From positions 65,968,001 to 66,032,000 of the forward strand of contig OX597823.1 in NCBI GenBank assembly GCA_951406725.2: DNA of 64,000 nucleotides, read 5' to 3'. Made by a program: the position numbers and the translations under genes. Below, piece after piece: positions 40,621 through 52,589 of this stretch. Under the pieces are notes generated by a model. That model did no database searches. It saw only the letters and a program-made list of their open reading frames with translations, and was not told the origin of the DNA. This stretch comes from Octopus vulgaris (taxonomy: Eukaryota). Within the stretch, counting starts at the first letter, position 1; the number at the start of each line of letters is the position of its first letter.

Positions 40621-41310
40621 GCAGTAAACACTGCACCAACAAAAGAATAAACAAACAATGTAAGAAACCGATATTCAGACTTGGATGTCGGAGCATAAGG
40701 ACCATGACAACTAGTCTGTTAGATCTTCAAACGATCAATAACATGCGCAAGACAGCAGTGATGAAGAATGAGCTGCTATGACGTCGAGTGGACATTGCAA
40801 GCTCCAGGAAACGCGGCTCTCAGTTTCTGGGAGGTATTATACTTTTTTTCTGGCAGGGGAAAAGCATAGAAGAATCAAGAGAGCATGGTATAGATTTTGC
40901 TGACAGGAACTGGTTGCCAAAGTTGTTGGGATACATCAGCGACTGTTTGGGGCGAATTATCTCACTCCGACTGCACACTTCAGATGGTCTTGTCAACCTT
41001 GTCAATTCAACACAAGATGGCAAAGTTAAGTTTTACGATCAGCTCTCAAGGAGAATACAGTGGAACACAACTGAAGGACAGCTGATGCTACTTAGTGGCC
41101 TCAATACCAGACTGGGAACCGATTACGACTCCTGGATAGGATGTCTAGGACGGCACATGACATGAAATAAAATGAGTATCGACTGCTTGAGGTATGTACG
41201 TTCCACGGAACATCCGTCAGAAACACTTACTTCCAGGCCGAAGCTCAACATAGAGTTTCTTAATGTTATCCTGGCTCAGGGATTTGGTGCTAGCTAAATT
41301 TTCTCCTCAA
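40621..41310 (+). mobile_element. RTE-clade LINE, APE endonuclease N-terminal region, opposite orientation to the adjacent RT segment
   Basis: IRTMTT...RKTAVMKNEL..RRVDIA; FFWQGKSIEESREHGIDFADRN; RIISLRLHT; KVKFYDQL; LMLLSGLNTRLG.D.DSW.GCLGRH; NTYFQ....HRVS. Confidence 0.8.
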
Positions 41311-41404
41311 CAGATGTGTATGTATATATATAAGTGTGTATATATGTACACATCTATATATGTATGTGTGTATATATATGTGTGCATATATATGTGTGTA
41401 TATA

Positions 41405-41441
<37 letters not shown>

Positions 41442-41448
<7 letters not shown>

Positions 41449-44336
41449 TTAGATAAAACTTAGATATGTTTCGACCAGAGATTGGTCCAGGCCATGTCTA
41501 ACTTAATAGCACCACCTGATAGGATTATTCGAATCCTGTTTAAGTCAAGTTTTGTTCAAGTAGTGAGTTCTTGTTGGGTGAGTTGTATCCAATTATGGGT
41601 GGCTTGTCTGGTATTCTTTGAAGGAATCCATCCAGACTCTGTTTGAAGTTGATGGGATCCTTTTCCTCTTTGATCTCCCTCGGGACAATGTTAAATAGGG
41701 CAGGGCCTGTTGAGGAAAAGAAATTATGTTGCAGTGTACATGTATGTTGTGATCTTGAATTTGGCAGCGGACGTATAGCCCGTGGTCCAAGTCTCGGATG
41801 AACCTTGAAGCTAATGTTTAGGTCGTTTGGGCAAAGTTGGCGGTATATTTTCCATATCGTACAAATGATGTACCGCTCACGGCGACGCTGGAGGGAGTAA
41901 AGTTTCAAGGCTTTAAGGCGATCCCAATAGTCGAGAGCAGCCATGCCTTCAATTTGTTTAGTGAGAGCCCTCTGGGGTGACTCAATTCTGGAGATGTTTT
42001 GTCTTGTGTGAGGAGACCACAGTGGGCAGCAGTATTCAAGGTGTGGCCGTACAAAGGATGAAAAAAGTGGTATGATGACACCTTGTTCTCTGGACCGGAA
42101 AGTTCTTAAGATCCAGGAACTCATCCTACGAGCTGTATCGACCTTCTTGTTGATGTGTGCACTCCAACTGAGATCGTCATCAACAATTACACCCAGGTCT
42201 CTGATATTGTTAGAGGCTGTGAGCGGTTCCCCTGAAGGAAGAGAGTATGGTTGTTTTAGTGAGGAATTTCTTCCAAAATGCATCAGCTCAAATTTTCCCT
42301 CATTCAGTTGCATTTTGTTTCTGTCTGCCCATTGACTCACAGCATATAGGTCAGACTGGAGTTGAGTTCGGTCTGCTTCTTCATTGACGATTTGCTGGAG
42401 CTTAGTGTCATCAGCGAATATTTTCACTTTGCAGTGATGTACGACACTGGAAAGGTCGTTTACATAAATTATGAAGAGTAGCGGACCCAAAACAGTTCCC
42501 TGGGGAACACCGCTGGTGACTTTTGCTGGGTTTGAGTGGACTCCATCAACTACAACATGTTGTGTTCTATTCGCTAGGAAATACTGAATCCAGTGTAGAA
42601 CTTTTCCACGGATTCCAACATTTGCCAATTTTGAGAGTAGGATGTTATGGTCTACCCTGTCGAACGCTTTACTGAAGTCAAGGTATATGACGTCAGAGTT
42701 CGAACCTGTTCCCAAGGCTTTGAGTACATCTTCAATGTGGTGTAAGAGCTGTGTTAGACAGTCCCTGCCACAGCGAAAGCCATGTTGATTTGAATTTAGG
42801 AGTTTGTGGGTCTCCAGGAAGTCAGCTATCCTTGATCTTAACACTCTTTCAAACACTTTAATGATGTGGGAGGTGAGTGAGATTGGGCGATAGTTGACTG
42901 CGAGGGATCTGTTTCCCTGTTTGAAAACCGGGATGACCGACTGGGATAGAAACTTATTCGGTATATAACCTGCGTCTAATGAGTTTCTCCAGAGGTTGGT
43001 CAGAGGGACTGCAAGTTGATATCTACATTCCTTCAGGAGACTGGCGGGAAATCTATCAGGGCCTACAGCGGAGTAATGTTTGACCTCATTTATTGCTGCT
43101 ATGATGTCGGTGGCAGTGAAGGTTATGTCTGCGATTTTGTGTTGGGAGTCAGCTTCGTTCGTTTCCCTCACATCAATATCAGTGGGAACACTGAAGACAG
43201 AGCAATATTGTTTCTGCAGTATTTCTGCCATTTCTTTAGCATCGTGTTGGGGAATGCCGTTTTCATCAATCAATGGCCCAATAGGTGAGACAGTGGTTCT
43301 ATGCTTATTTGCATAAGAATAGAACACTTTTGGGTTCTGTTTGATGTTTTTGATTACCCATTGTTCCTCCACAGCTCTTTGATTTTCAATGGAGGTTTTC
43401 ATGTTAGTCTGCAGATGAAGTTTTTCCAGCTCTAGTCTTTTCATTGTTGTTGAATGTGGATGTTGCGTGTGGGAATATTTTAATTGGTTGATTTTTTTGT
43501 TGAGTCTTTTGATGCGCCTGATGAGTGTTTTTTTCTTTTTAGGGAGCCGGTTTCTGTTTGTGTTAGTAGATTTCTTGGGAGCGTGTTTAGAGCATGTGTC
43601 GGTGACAATGGTTTCAAAGTGCTGCCACGCGGTCTCAATATGAGGGGAATTGAGAGTAAAAGACCAGTCGATGGAAGACAGATCCTTTCTGATTGTTCCC
43701 CAGTCCGCTTTGTGGAAATTTATGTTGTCAAATGGGTGCCATGGAGTGGGATTGGCTGGTTTGGTTTTTATACGTCGGGAATTAAGAATGCAGAGTACCA
43801 TGTCGTGGTCTGAGAGGAGAGTTTTTTCGACTGAAATGCTGTGAACGTAGCTAGAGTGATTGGTCAGTACCAGATCCAAGATCGTTTTATTCTGTCTCGT
43901 TGGTTCAAGCACTAGCTGAGTCAGGAAATACTCATCCATCAGATTAAAGAGCAGTTCTGCTGCTGCCCTATCTGATGTAGAGCACTTGCCTAACTTCGGA
44001 GTATTTGTGGGCCAGTTCACATGAGGGAGGTTAAAATCACCCATCACTATTATGTTTCCGGAGTGGTACTTCCGAAGGAAGGACTTGACTTTGCTAAGGC
44101 ACTCTTCAAAGTACTTTAGAGGTGCCTGGGGAGGCCTGTAAAGACCAACAATGGTTATGTCCTTGGCTTTGTTGTATACTGATACCGATTCACAGTAGCC
44201 ATTGGAAAATGTGTCCTTGGCATCAAGTGAAAAGGAGTCGTGGATAAAGATGGCTGTCCCTCCCTTATTTCGGTCTGTGTGATCCGCACGAACAATGGTG
44301 AAATCTTTTATTTTCACCTCTGCGTCCATATGGGTG
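41442..44336 (-). mobile_element. 5'-truncated CR1-group LINE with 3' stem-loop and tandem-repeat tail, inserted in a TA/TG microsatellite
   Basis: 3' UTR hairpins aggatt-cgaat-aatcct (41521-41537) and gacca-atctc-tggtc (41473-41487). Tail (CTAAGTTTTAT)x2 at 41442-41463. TA-rich repeats on both flanks. Confidence 0.88.
41540..44329 (-). CDS. LINE ORF2 (partial APE endonuclease plus complete reverse transcriptase), CR1-group, 929 aa, uninterrupted
   Basis: EN: YRPP, MGDFNLP, EPTR..ILDLVLTN, SDH. RT: YRPISLTS, QHGF, YLDFSKAFDRVDH, GVPQGTVLGPLLF, FADD, DLGV, VRPHLEYC..LWSP, LYSLQRRR. Confidence 0.93.
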   Translation of the reverse strand: MDAEVKIKDFTIVRADHTDRNKGGTAIFIHDSFSLDAKDTFSNGYCESVSVYNKAKDITIVGLYRPPQAPLKYFEECLSKVKSFLRKYHSGNIIVMGDFNLPHVNWPTNTPKLGKCSTSDRAAAELLFNLMDEYFLTQLVLEPTRQNKTILDLVLTNHSSYVHSISVEKTLLSDHDMVLCILNSRRIKTKPANPTPWHPFDNINFHKADWGTIRKDLSSIDWSFTLNSPHIETAWQHFETIVTDTCSKHAPKKSTNTNRNRLPKKKKTLIRRIKRLNKKINQLKYSHTQHPHSTTMKRLELEKLHLQTNMKTSIENQRAVEEQWVIKNIKQNPKVFYSYANKHRTTVSPIGPLIDENGIPQHDAKEMAEILQKQYCSVFSVPTDIDVRETNEADSQHKIADITFTATDIIAAINEVKHYSAVGPDRFPASLLKECRYQLAVPLTNLWRNSLDAGYIPNKFLSQSVIPVFKQGNRSLAVNYRPISLTSHIIKVFERVLRSRIADFLETHKLLNSNQHGFRCGRDCLTQLLHHIEDVLKALGTGSNSDVIYLDFSKAFDRVDHNILLSKLANVGIRGKVLHWIQYFLANRTQHVVVDGVHSNPAKVTSGVPQGTVLGPLLFIIYVNDLSSVVHHCKVKIFADDTKLQQIVNEEADRTQLQSDLYAVSQWADRNKMQLNEGKFELMHFGRNSSLKQPYSLPSGEPLTASNNIRDLGVIVDDDLSWSAHINKKVDTARRMSSWILRTFRSREQGVIIPLFSSFVRPHLEYCCPLWSPHTRQNISRIESPQRALTKQIEGMAALDYWDRLKALKLYSLQRRRERYIICTIWKIYRQLCPNDLNISFKVHPRLGPRAIRPLPNSRSQHTCTLQHNFFSSTGPALFNIVPREIKEEKDPINFKQSLDGFLQRIPDKPPIIGYNSPNKNSLLEQNLT

Positions 44337-44383
44337 TATATATATGGGTATATATATATATATATACAGTAATATAATAAGAG

Positions 44384-44459
44384 TAAATAATATCTTTAAT
44401 GGTTTGTAAAAAAAAACAACAATTGTTGTTTTTTTTTACAAACCATTAAATATATTATT

Positions 44460-44461
<2 letters not shown>
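44384..44461. repeat. 78-bp spacer-less palindrome
   Basis: 39-bp arms with 1 mismatch, centre at caa|ttg (44422/44423). Confidence 0.9.
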
Positions 44462-44525
<64 letters not shown>

Positions 44526-47500
44526 TATGCATGTATGCATATATGTATATACGTGTGTGTGTCTCTGTGTGTGAGTGGGTGTGTTTGTATGTAGCTATTC
44601 GAATGCACATTTGCGTTCTGGTTTTACACGCTTACGGTTACAAACAGAGGTAAGTAGTAATTCCCTGCTATGCTCCTCAAAGATTCCTCTTCTATTCAAT
44701 GGCTTATAAATAATGATATACTTTGCATTCATAATTCGCTACGTAGGTTGAATTTCAAAGTACGCCAGTTGATAATCCGCACACGAATTTTATCTATAAT
44801 ACTTGTCAGAATACATGAAATAGATTATATATAGGATAACGTCTACATGATATGAAAGATAAAGGTATTGCCGTTAGAAATAATCATATACAGGTTACTG
44901 ACCGCTCTTACTCAGAAGACAAACACAACGAGAATATCATTTCCTGAAGATATACATCGCTTACATAATTTCACAATCTATCCTGTCATCATATCATATG
45001 CATCGCACACTCTATTTGCTTCAGAAGAAACTGACATTTGATAGAAGCAGACACAGTTATAAATATATTTTAAAAGACGAGATAATATTACAGTACATTC
45101 GAAATTCGTATTACCGTATGACTCAAATGTAATGATCGTTTATAAATAAAATTTACGAAGTGTTTATGGGATATTTCGTCGAAGTAAAAGTAGTTGTACA
45201 ACGAAAGAAATGGCGAACAGCGGATGAAATGCTAATGTATTTCTTTATTTCGATTTACGTTGTGAGTTCTATAGAAAATCGGCTCCGCTACTGATATCAT
45301 TATAAAACCTGAAGGTCACAAACTAAGTACCAGGAATGGATGACTTTTGATTGAAGCGAATATAAAATTTCTGCAAATGTGTATGGGATGATGACAACAT
45401 TACATATCAAATATTCTTAAAGAAAACCACGTTCTCAGAATACACGTGCCTCTACCCACACACTTAAACTTATATTATATAATATGTAAACATATCTATA
45501 TGTGTCTGCGTATAATATATACATATAGGAAGACAGAAAGAAAGAAAGAAAGGAAGGAAGGAAGGAAGACAGAAAGAAAGAAAGGAAGGAAGGAAGGAAG
45601 GAAGGAAGGAAGGAATGTATGGGGAGAAAGAAAGAAGGAAGGGATGGAGGATACAGCTGGTTTAAGGCCCACTTTAGCTATTTCACACTGTGACATTTCA
45701 GCAAGAAATGAGAAATGAGAGAGTCAATTCACATTTTCCATCTTGATATTTGTTTTCCGAATCACATTCTAAATTATAATTCATCTGGAGAAGACGGACG
45801 ATTTTTTTCTCTTCATGATGTAATCAAATTATTCATCATTAAGAACGCGTCTCAAACAGCTCTATTGAACCAGTTGTTCGTATTTATGCTCTTTTTACTT
45901 GACTCTCATCAGTAGGACGGCTGATCTTTTATTTTCTACTCCAAAGAACGATATGGTTACATTTGGCACAAGTTTTGATGCGAATATTCTACCAATATTT
46001 CTTGTGTTGATATTTATAGATGCATTACATAACAATTTCATTCTCTATATTTATTCAAGGACAGTAGAACTTTGATGACATTGTTGTGTAGCTGCAGAAA
46101 TAGGACATATGATATAATCCATATTTTCAGTTACAATTTGGGACCCCAAATGATGCACAAACAAATATTTTAAGGCACTCTATTGTTCTCGTAACGGAGT
46201 GCAAAGCCATAGCCTTCGAAATGTAGTGTGATGTAGCGGTTCTAAGTCCAAAAATGTCTGCACTTCTTATTAATGCTGGTGCCTTACTGATTTTCGTATG
46301 CTGAATTTTCCATATAGAGTCGTCTCTCGGATACATTGGGGTTCTGTGGGACGTTGACAAGAAGAGAATATCTCCTGAAGAAGTCACTGTCGACACGTAA
46401 GTTGTTACCCTCATAGCTTTCCAGTGCAAAGTTAATGTATTGATGCTGCTGTTGTTCAGCAGATGCTGACTGAGCGATGCTTGTGGCATGCGAAGCTCAA
46501 ACTCCTTCATCACTTCTTAGGTATAACTGCTATTGTGGAATTTTCAAGCTGATGTCAGTAGATTGCAGGTTTTAAAATGTGTCGGAGTAGATTTACTCTA
46601 CAAAACAATCATGTATTTCAAATATTTGTATCAATACAGGTGCTGCAAAAACATTAAGTGATTTGTTCTTGTAGAGGAAGTGTTACGACTGCCATAATTT
46701 TCTTAGTTTGGTCTAATTTCTCGGGTCACACCATATTTATTTACTGTAATCTATCTATTTACAGAGTGACTATTGTTGAACAAGTTTGCAGCTTTCAGTT
46801 TAATTATCCACATTCAACAATCAAATACGAATTATTTCTCTTTTGGTGAAGTTACATTCCTATATTAGCGAAAATTGCTGATACTAACTCCAGCTGATTT
46901 AAGCATCGTAAACAGTTTTAGTGTAGAATTTTAGGACACGCATGAAGGAAGTTTTTGTATATCTAGCTGCTGCAAATGCTAACTTATAGCTATTTTGTAA
47001 CATATTATTTTCATAACAGATTTAATGCCAAAAATGGGCATTAATACGGAAAGAATATCTTCTTGGAATATACTCTTCATAATTAGAGGAGATCGTTTCG
47101 TTCTCAGTTGTATGTTCATTGTTAGCCATATATTTGCGAGCTTCTCTATCAATAAAAGGTCACCTTAATTTCTCTATCAAAAATTATTCAGCATATCCTT
47201 CACGTCCTTCTTTCCACGTGCCTGCTCACAAGTGACGTGTTATGTGATTCACAATGAATCTGAAGGACTTGGTTGAGGCAGCATGTATAAAGCATGTATA
47301 TAATGCTTAGGCAAGCAATGGGTATATAGTTTTCTGCTAACTGGATGATTTCCTTTTCGGATACAACATTTGTCCATGTAATAGCAAGTCAATTAGATGT
47401 CAATCTGACCTTCCGTATGTCTTTTGTGTATACACATCAATGGCTCTCTGTAGAAAGTCAAAATCTTTTATTTACGTTCAACTATTGGGTCACTTCCATG

Positions 47501-47919
47501 TGCATTCCCACTAGGCAGTTTTCGTGTCGATACTGCATGTTTTATGGTTAATGTTAGTAGAGCATTCTTTGATCATTTAATTTTGCCATGATATATGCAG
47601 GTTGAAACCATCTTTTCGTTTCAGATCTTAAGCCATGATGATTCAAAATCGTCTTGAAAAGGAGATTCCTTAACATGTAATGTTTTCATTCCTCATCTCA
47701 AGTATTATGCCTGTGGACTGAATGAAAACCTATACTTTATACTGAGTTACTCGAAATAGTTTGTACGATAACGATTTTCTTGCTTTAAAGAAATTTGCTT
47801 TCCACAGGAAACTTGGTACGAAGAGTCCCCGTAAAGATTGGTATTTCCTTGCATACAATTAAATTTTTAACGTGTCAACTCATTATTCCCTTTACATATT
47901 ATTGTCGTGTTTAACATCC

Positions 47920-48296
47920 ACTATGGCGCACATAAGACACTTGCTTCCCGACCACATGGGTCCGGGTTCAGTCCTACTTCGTGGCACTTCATTTACTTTA
48001 GCCTCGGGCCAACCAGAGACTTATAAGTAGATTTAGTAGACGGAAACTCAAAGAAGCCCTACGTTGTTAAATGTATGTATATATCCATGTGTATGTGTGT
48101 CTATGTTTGTCCTCCCATCACCACTTGGCAGCCGGTGTCGGTGTATTTACGTCTCCGTAACTTAGCGGTTCGGCAAAAGAGGTCCGATAGAATAAGAACC
48201 AGTCTTATAAAATAAGTACTGGGGTTGATCCATTGGACTAAAAATACAATGTGATGCCCCAGCATTGCCGCAGTCGAACGACAGAAACATGTAAAT
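47920..48296 (+). mobile_element. Composite SINE (tRNA-like head, internal TG/TA microsatellite, Meta-like tail)
   Basis: B-box-like gggttcagtcc, then aaataagtactggggttgat...gccccagcattgccgcagtc. Fragments recur at 2951, 14310, 22876 and 33622. Confidence 0.65.
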
Positions 48297-48848
48297 ATAA
48301 AAGTGTATATACATATAGGAGACCACTGCATAGGATGATTCGCGCATATGTTTTCTCCTCTAACTGAGACTCAATATACTTGTTTTGTATCTTTAGAAAA
48401 CAAACCATAAACACAGTCAATCTATCATTGGCACTTGGAATATATATGCAAATGTAGTTTCTTAATTCTTGCTGCAATATATTTCCGTGCATATGTGAGC
48501 TGAAGTGTCGAAAAAAAAATAGCAAGCTTTGTGAATGTAACCAAAATTCTTAATAATTCAAGGAAGAAAAACACCTAAGAGCAAGTAATGGAGTAATTGT
48601 ATTTATTGTAATGCAATGACAGCAGGATAAGAGACATACCGCTTCCATTGAAGATCGAAAGAAAAATTAAGCGACATGATTTATGCATATTGACATCTTA
48701 CTGGTAATTCGGAATTATTTTCTATCCGTTTGTTTTTATGCTGTATGGAAATCAAGAAAGACGTTATATGATATAAATGGATTAGCATAAAATTCATTGA
48801 TACGTATAAAATATTTCTGACTTACTAATTATTTGGGAGAGGTATTCC

Positions 48849-48928
<80 letters not shown>

Positions 48929-48992
48929 CAGCAGCAGCAGCGTTAGTATTAGTAGCAGTAGTAGTAGCAGCAGCGTTAGTATTAGTATTAGT

Positions 48993-49084
<92 letters not shown>

Positions 49085-49121
49085 CAGCAGCAGCAGTAGT
49101 AGTAGTAGAAGTAGTAGTAGT
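48849..49121. repeat. (GTA)n/(GCA)n compound trinucleotide repeat
   Basis: Direct reading. Confidence 0.95.
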
Positions 49122-50255
49122 TTTTAAAACAGCAAACCATTATTATTACATTTCTCATGAAATCATTTAAATTCATAGTTACTACGTCTCGAAAATTAAC
49201 TCATTAAATATTTATATATTTTAGCGAGCAGTGCAGTCGCATAACTAATAATGTGCTAGCGTCATGTTGATAAATTAAATCTAACTCGGGTTAACTTTAT
49301 TTTTCGTTCAACTGCAGCCAATTATGTGGAACAGGAAATGAATTTGGGTCAAGTCAATCTACAATACACTGCCACAAATATGTCGTAATTACGTTTAAAT
49401 ACGATATGCATGTTTAATATCTAAATGTCTATTCAAAAGGCTTAAGATAAAATCAATACATTTTTAAAGAGAAATATTATACAAAATATTAAATACTTTT
49501 TGAGATGGCTGAGAATCTTCATTTAAATGCTGTATGTTTGTAAATGAAATGAAAGGTTTTAGAATTCGAGTAACATCATATCGCAGACGTAGCAAGCAAA
49601 TAATCATCATTCTAATTATTTTACAACAATAATCAACCGTAGTGTCCTGTTAATGCTAAGCTTAGCTTACCAAAGCCTTTCTGTAACTCTGATATGGGGT
49701 ACATTTTCTGTAATTTAATTTATAGTTCGTATATGATGCAGGATATGAGCTTCAATCTTCTGAAATTAACCAACAAAAAATTGCAATTTCTCAATATTTT
49801 TCTACGTTATACTTCACAATAGCTTGTGCTTCTATAATAACTCTCAATATTTTTACATCCATATCCTACATTCTTCCTACTGCAAATTGTATATTATTAT
49901 TTATGTAGAATTTTTCAACCCCTTTTATCGAAATATCATTAAGTCAAAGCAATTCTTATGCGAGGCTAGTCTCCTTCATCTTTTTTGTACGAATGATCGT
50001 ATTATTTGTCCCTATCTGCATCTCCTGTATTTATTCATTTCATTTTTTATTTCGTTGTAGATATAGAAACTTCATTCCTTTGCATATCTTCCAATAAAGT
50101 TACACATCATATCAAACATTCTGAAATGTTCTAATGAATCCACTGTAGGCCATATTAAAGCTAAGGTTATATATATATATGTATGTATGTATGTATGTAT
50201 AATTTATAAAAATAAGGATAAGATCGTTAATTTAAATATCGATCTAATCAAGTGG

Positions 50256-50307
50256 CCACTGATGAGGCAAAGCATTTCTTATGCAAAATCAGAAATCCGG
50301 GATCTGG
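50256..50307 (+). ncRNA. Minimal type I hammerhead-like motif, slightly degenerate
   Basis: CCA-CUGAUGA-G...GCAU/AUGC...UCA-GAAA-UCCGGGA-UC-UGG. Stem I CCA/UGG and near-palindromic stem III AUCCGGGAU. The base of stem II is imperfect. Confidence 0.5.
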
Positions 50308-50450
50308 AATTATCCAGTAATTTTTTGCTAGTTTATTTTGTCCTTTTTGTTTCCTCTCCTGGTGCTGTGTGAACATTTAATGTGGTTTTAGAGTCAAGTT
50401 TTGGCTGCTATTTCAAGCGTGGCGATAACTCTTACATAACCTAAATTATA

Positions 50451-50504
<54 letters not shown>

Positions 50505-50669
50505 GACGATAAAATATATTAAATATAGTATGATATTGGCGGCCTGTTAGCATTTAAAATGTAAACGCAAATTAATAAACAAGGGTACAAATAGTACCAC
50601 CATCGTTAGAAATAAAAGTAAAAGACGACTCGAATAGACTCACAAAACACTAACCTCGTGAGTTGATGA

Positions 50670-50848
50670 AAAGTGAGGAGCACCTGGCCATTGAATGGCT
50701 ATGGAAAGTGCGGGTAAAATATATCCGAGTAGTTATAAGTGCATTGGGAACTATTCCTGAAGATTGGAACGGATGGATAGGAGATATAGGCATAAACGCA
50801 GGTTAGTGCAGCACCGGGAAACAGTGTTCTTAGGGGTAGCTAAGATAA

Positions 50849-50852
<4 letters not shown>
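50670..50852 (+). mobile_element. C-terminal fragment of an R4/Dong-type RLE LINE
   Basis: LAIEWLWKVRVKYIRVVISALGTIPEDWNGWIGDIGI...ETVFLGVAKIIR is paralogous to the C-terminus at 51760-51960. Confidence 0.6.
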
Positions 50853-52142
<1,290 letters not shown>

Positions 52143-52398
52143 TGTATCCTTGAACAATCCTTATTCAGGGTCCTGTTGAGCGGGATGGGCTACTCGAACA
52201 GAACAAAATTCTAACTGGCCCCCACCTGCAAGGTCATGCACTGATTATCTTGATATGAGGTCACCATGTCGCGCACATATGGTTGTGATGCATATGCCTA
52301 GTGTACCATTATCAGACGGGTAGCCATGATGGGTATACTGGGCTTCGTATATTTTACCCCAGTGTCACTTTGATGGCATGCACTGCTCTCTCACTCAA
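52143..52398 (+). mobile_element. (TAA)n-associated non-coding retroposon, 5'-truncated (other copies at 32255-32360 and about 52635-52915)
   Basis: Identical 3' end ...ggcatgcactgctctctcactcaa followed by (TAA)n, with variable 5' ends. Confidence 0.75.
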
Positions 52399-52408
52399 TT
52401 ATAATAAT

Positions 52409-52505
<97 letters not shown>

Positions 52506-52556
52506 TTAATAATAATAATAATAATAATTATAATAATAATAATAATTATAATAATC

Positions 52557-52589
<33 letters not shown>

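Noticed and set aside
41461-41505. Hammerhead in the CR1 3' UTR (stem-loop followed by GAAACATATC on the minus strand)
   Set aside because: No CUGANGA box before the stem. Better explained as the LINE 3' recognition stem-loop.
42072-43844. Plus-strand ORFs within the LINE, and minus-strand ORFs 57344-57760 within the mariner
   Set aside because: Antisense shadows of transposon coding sequence.
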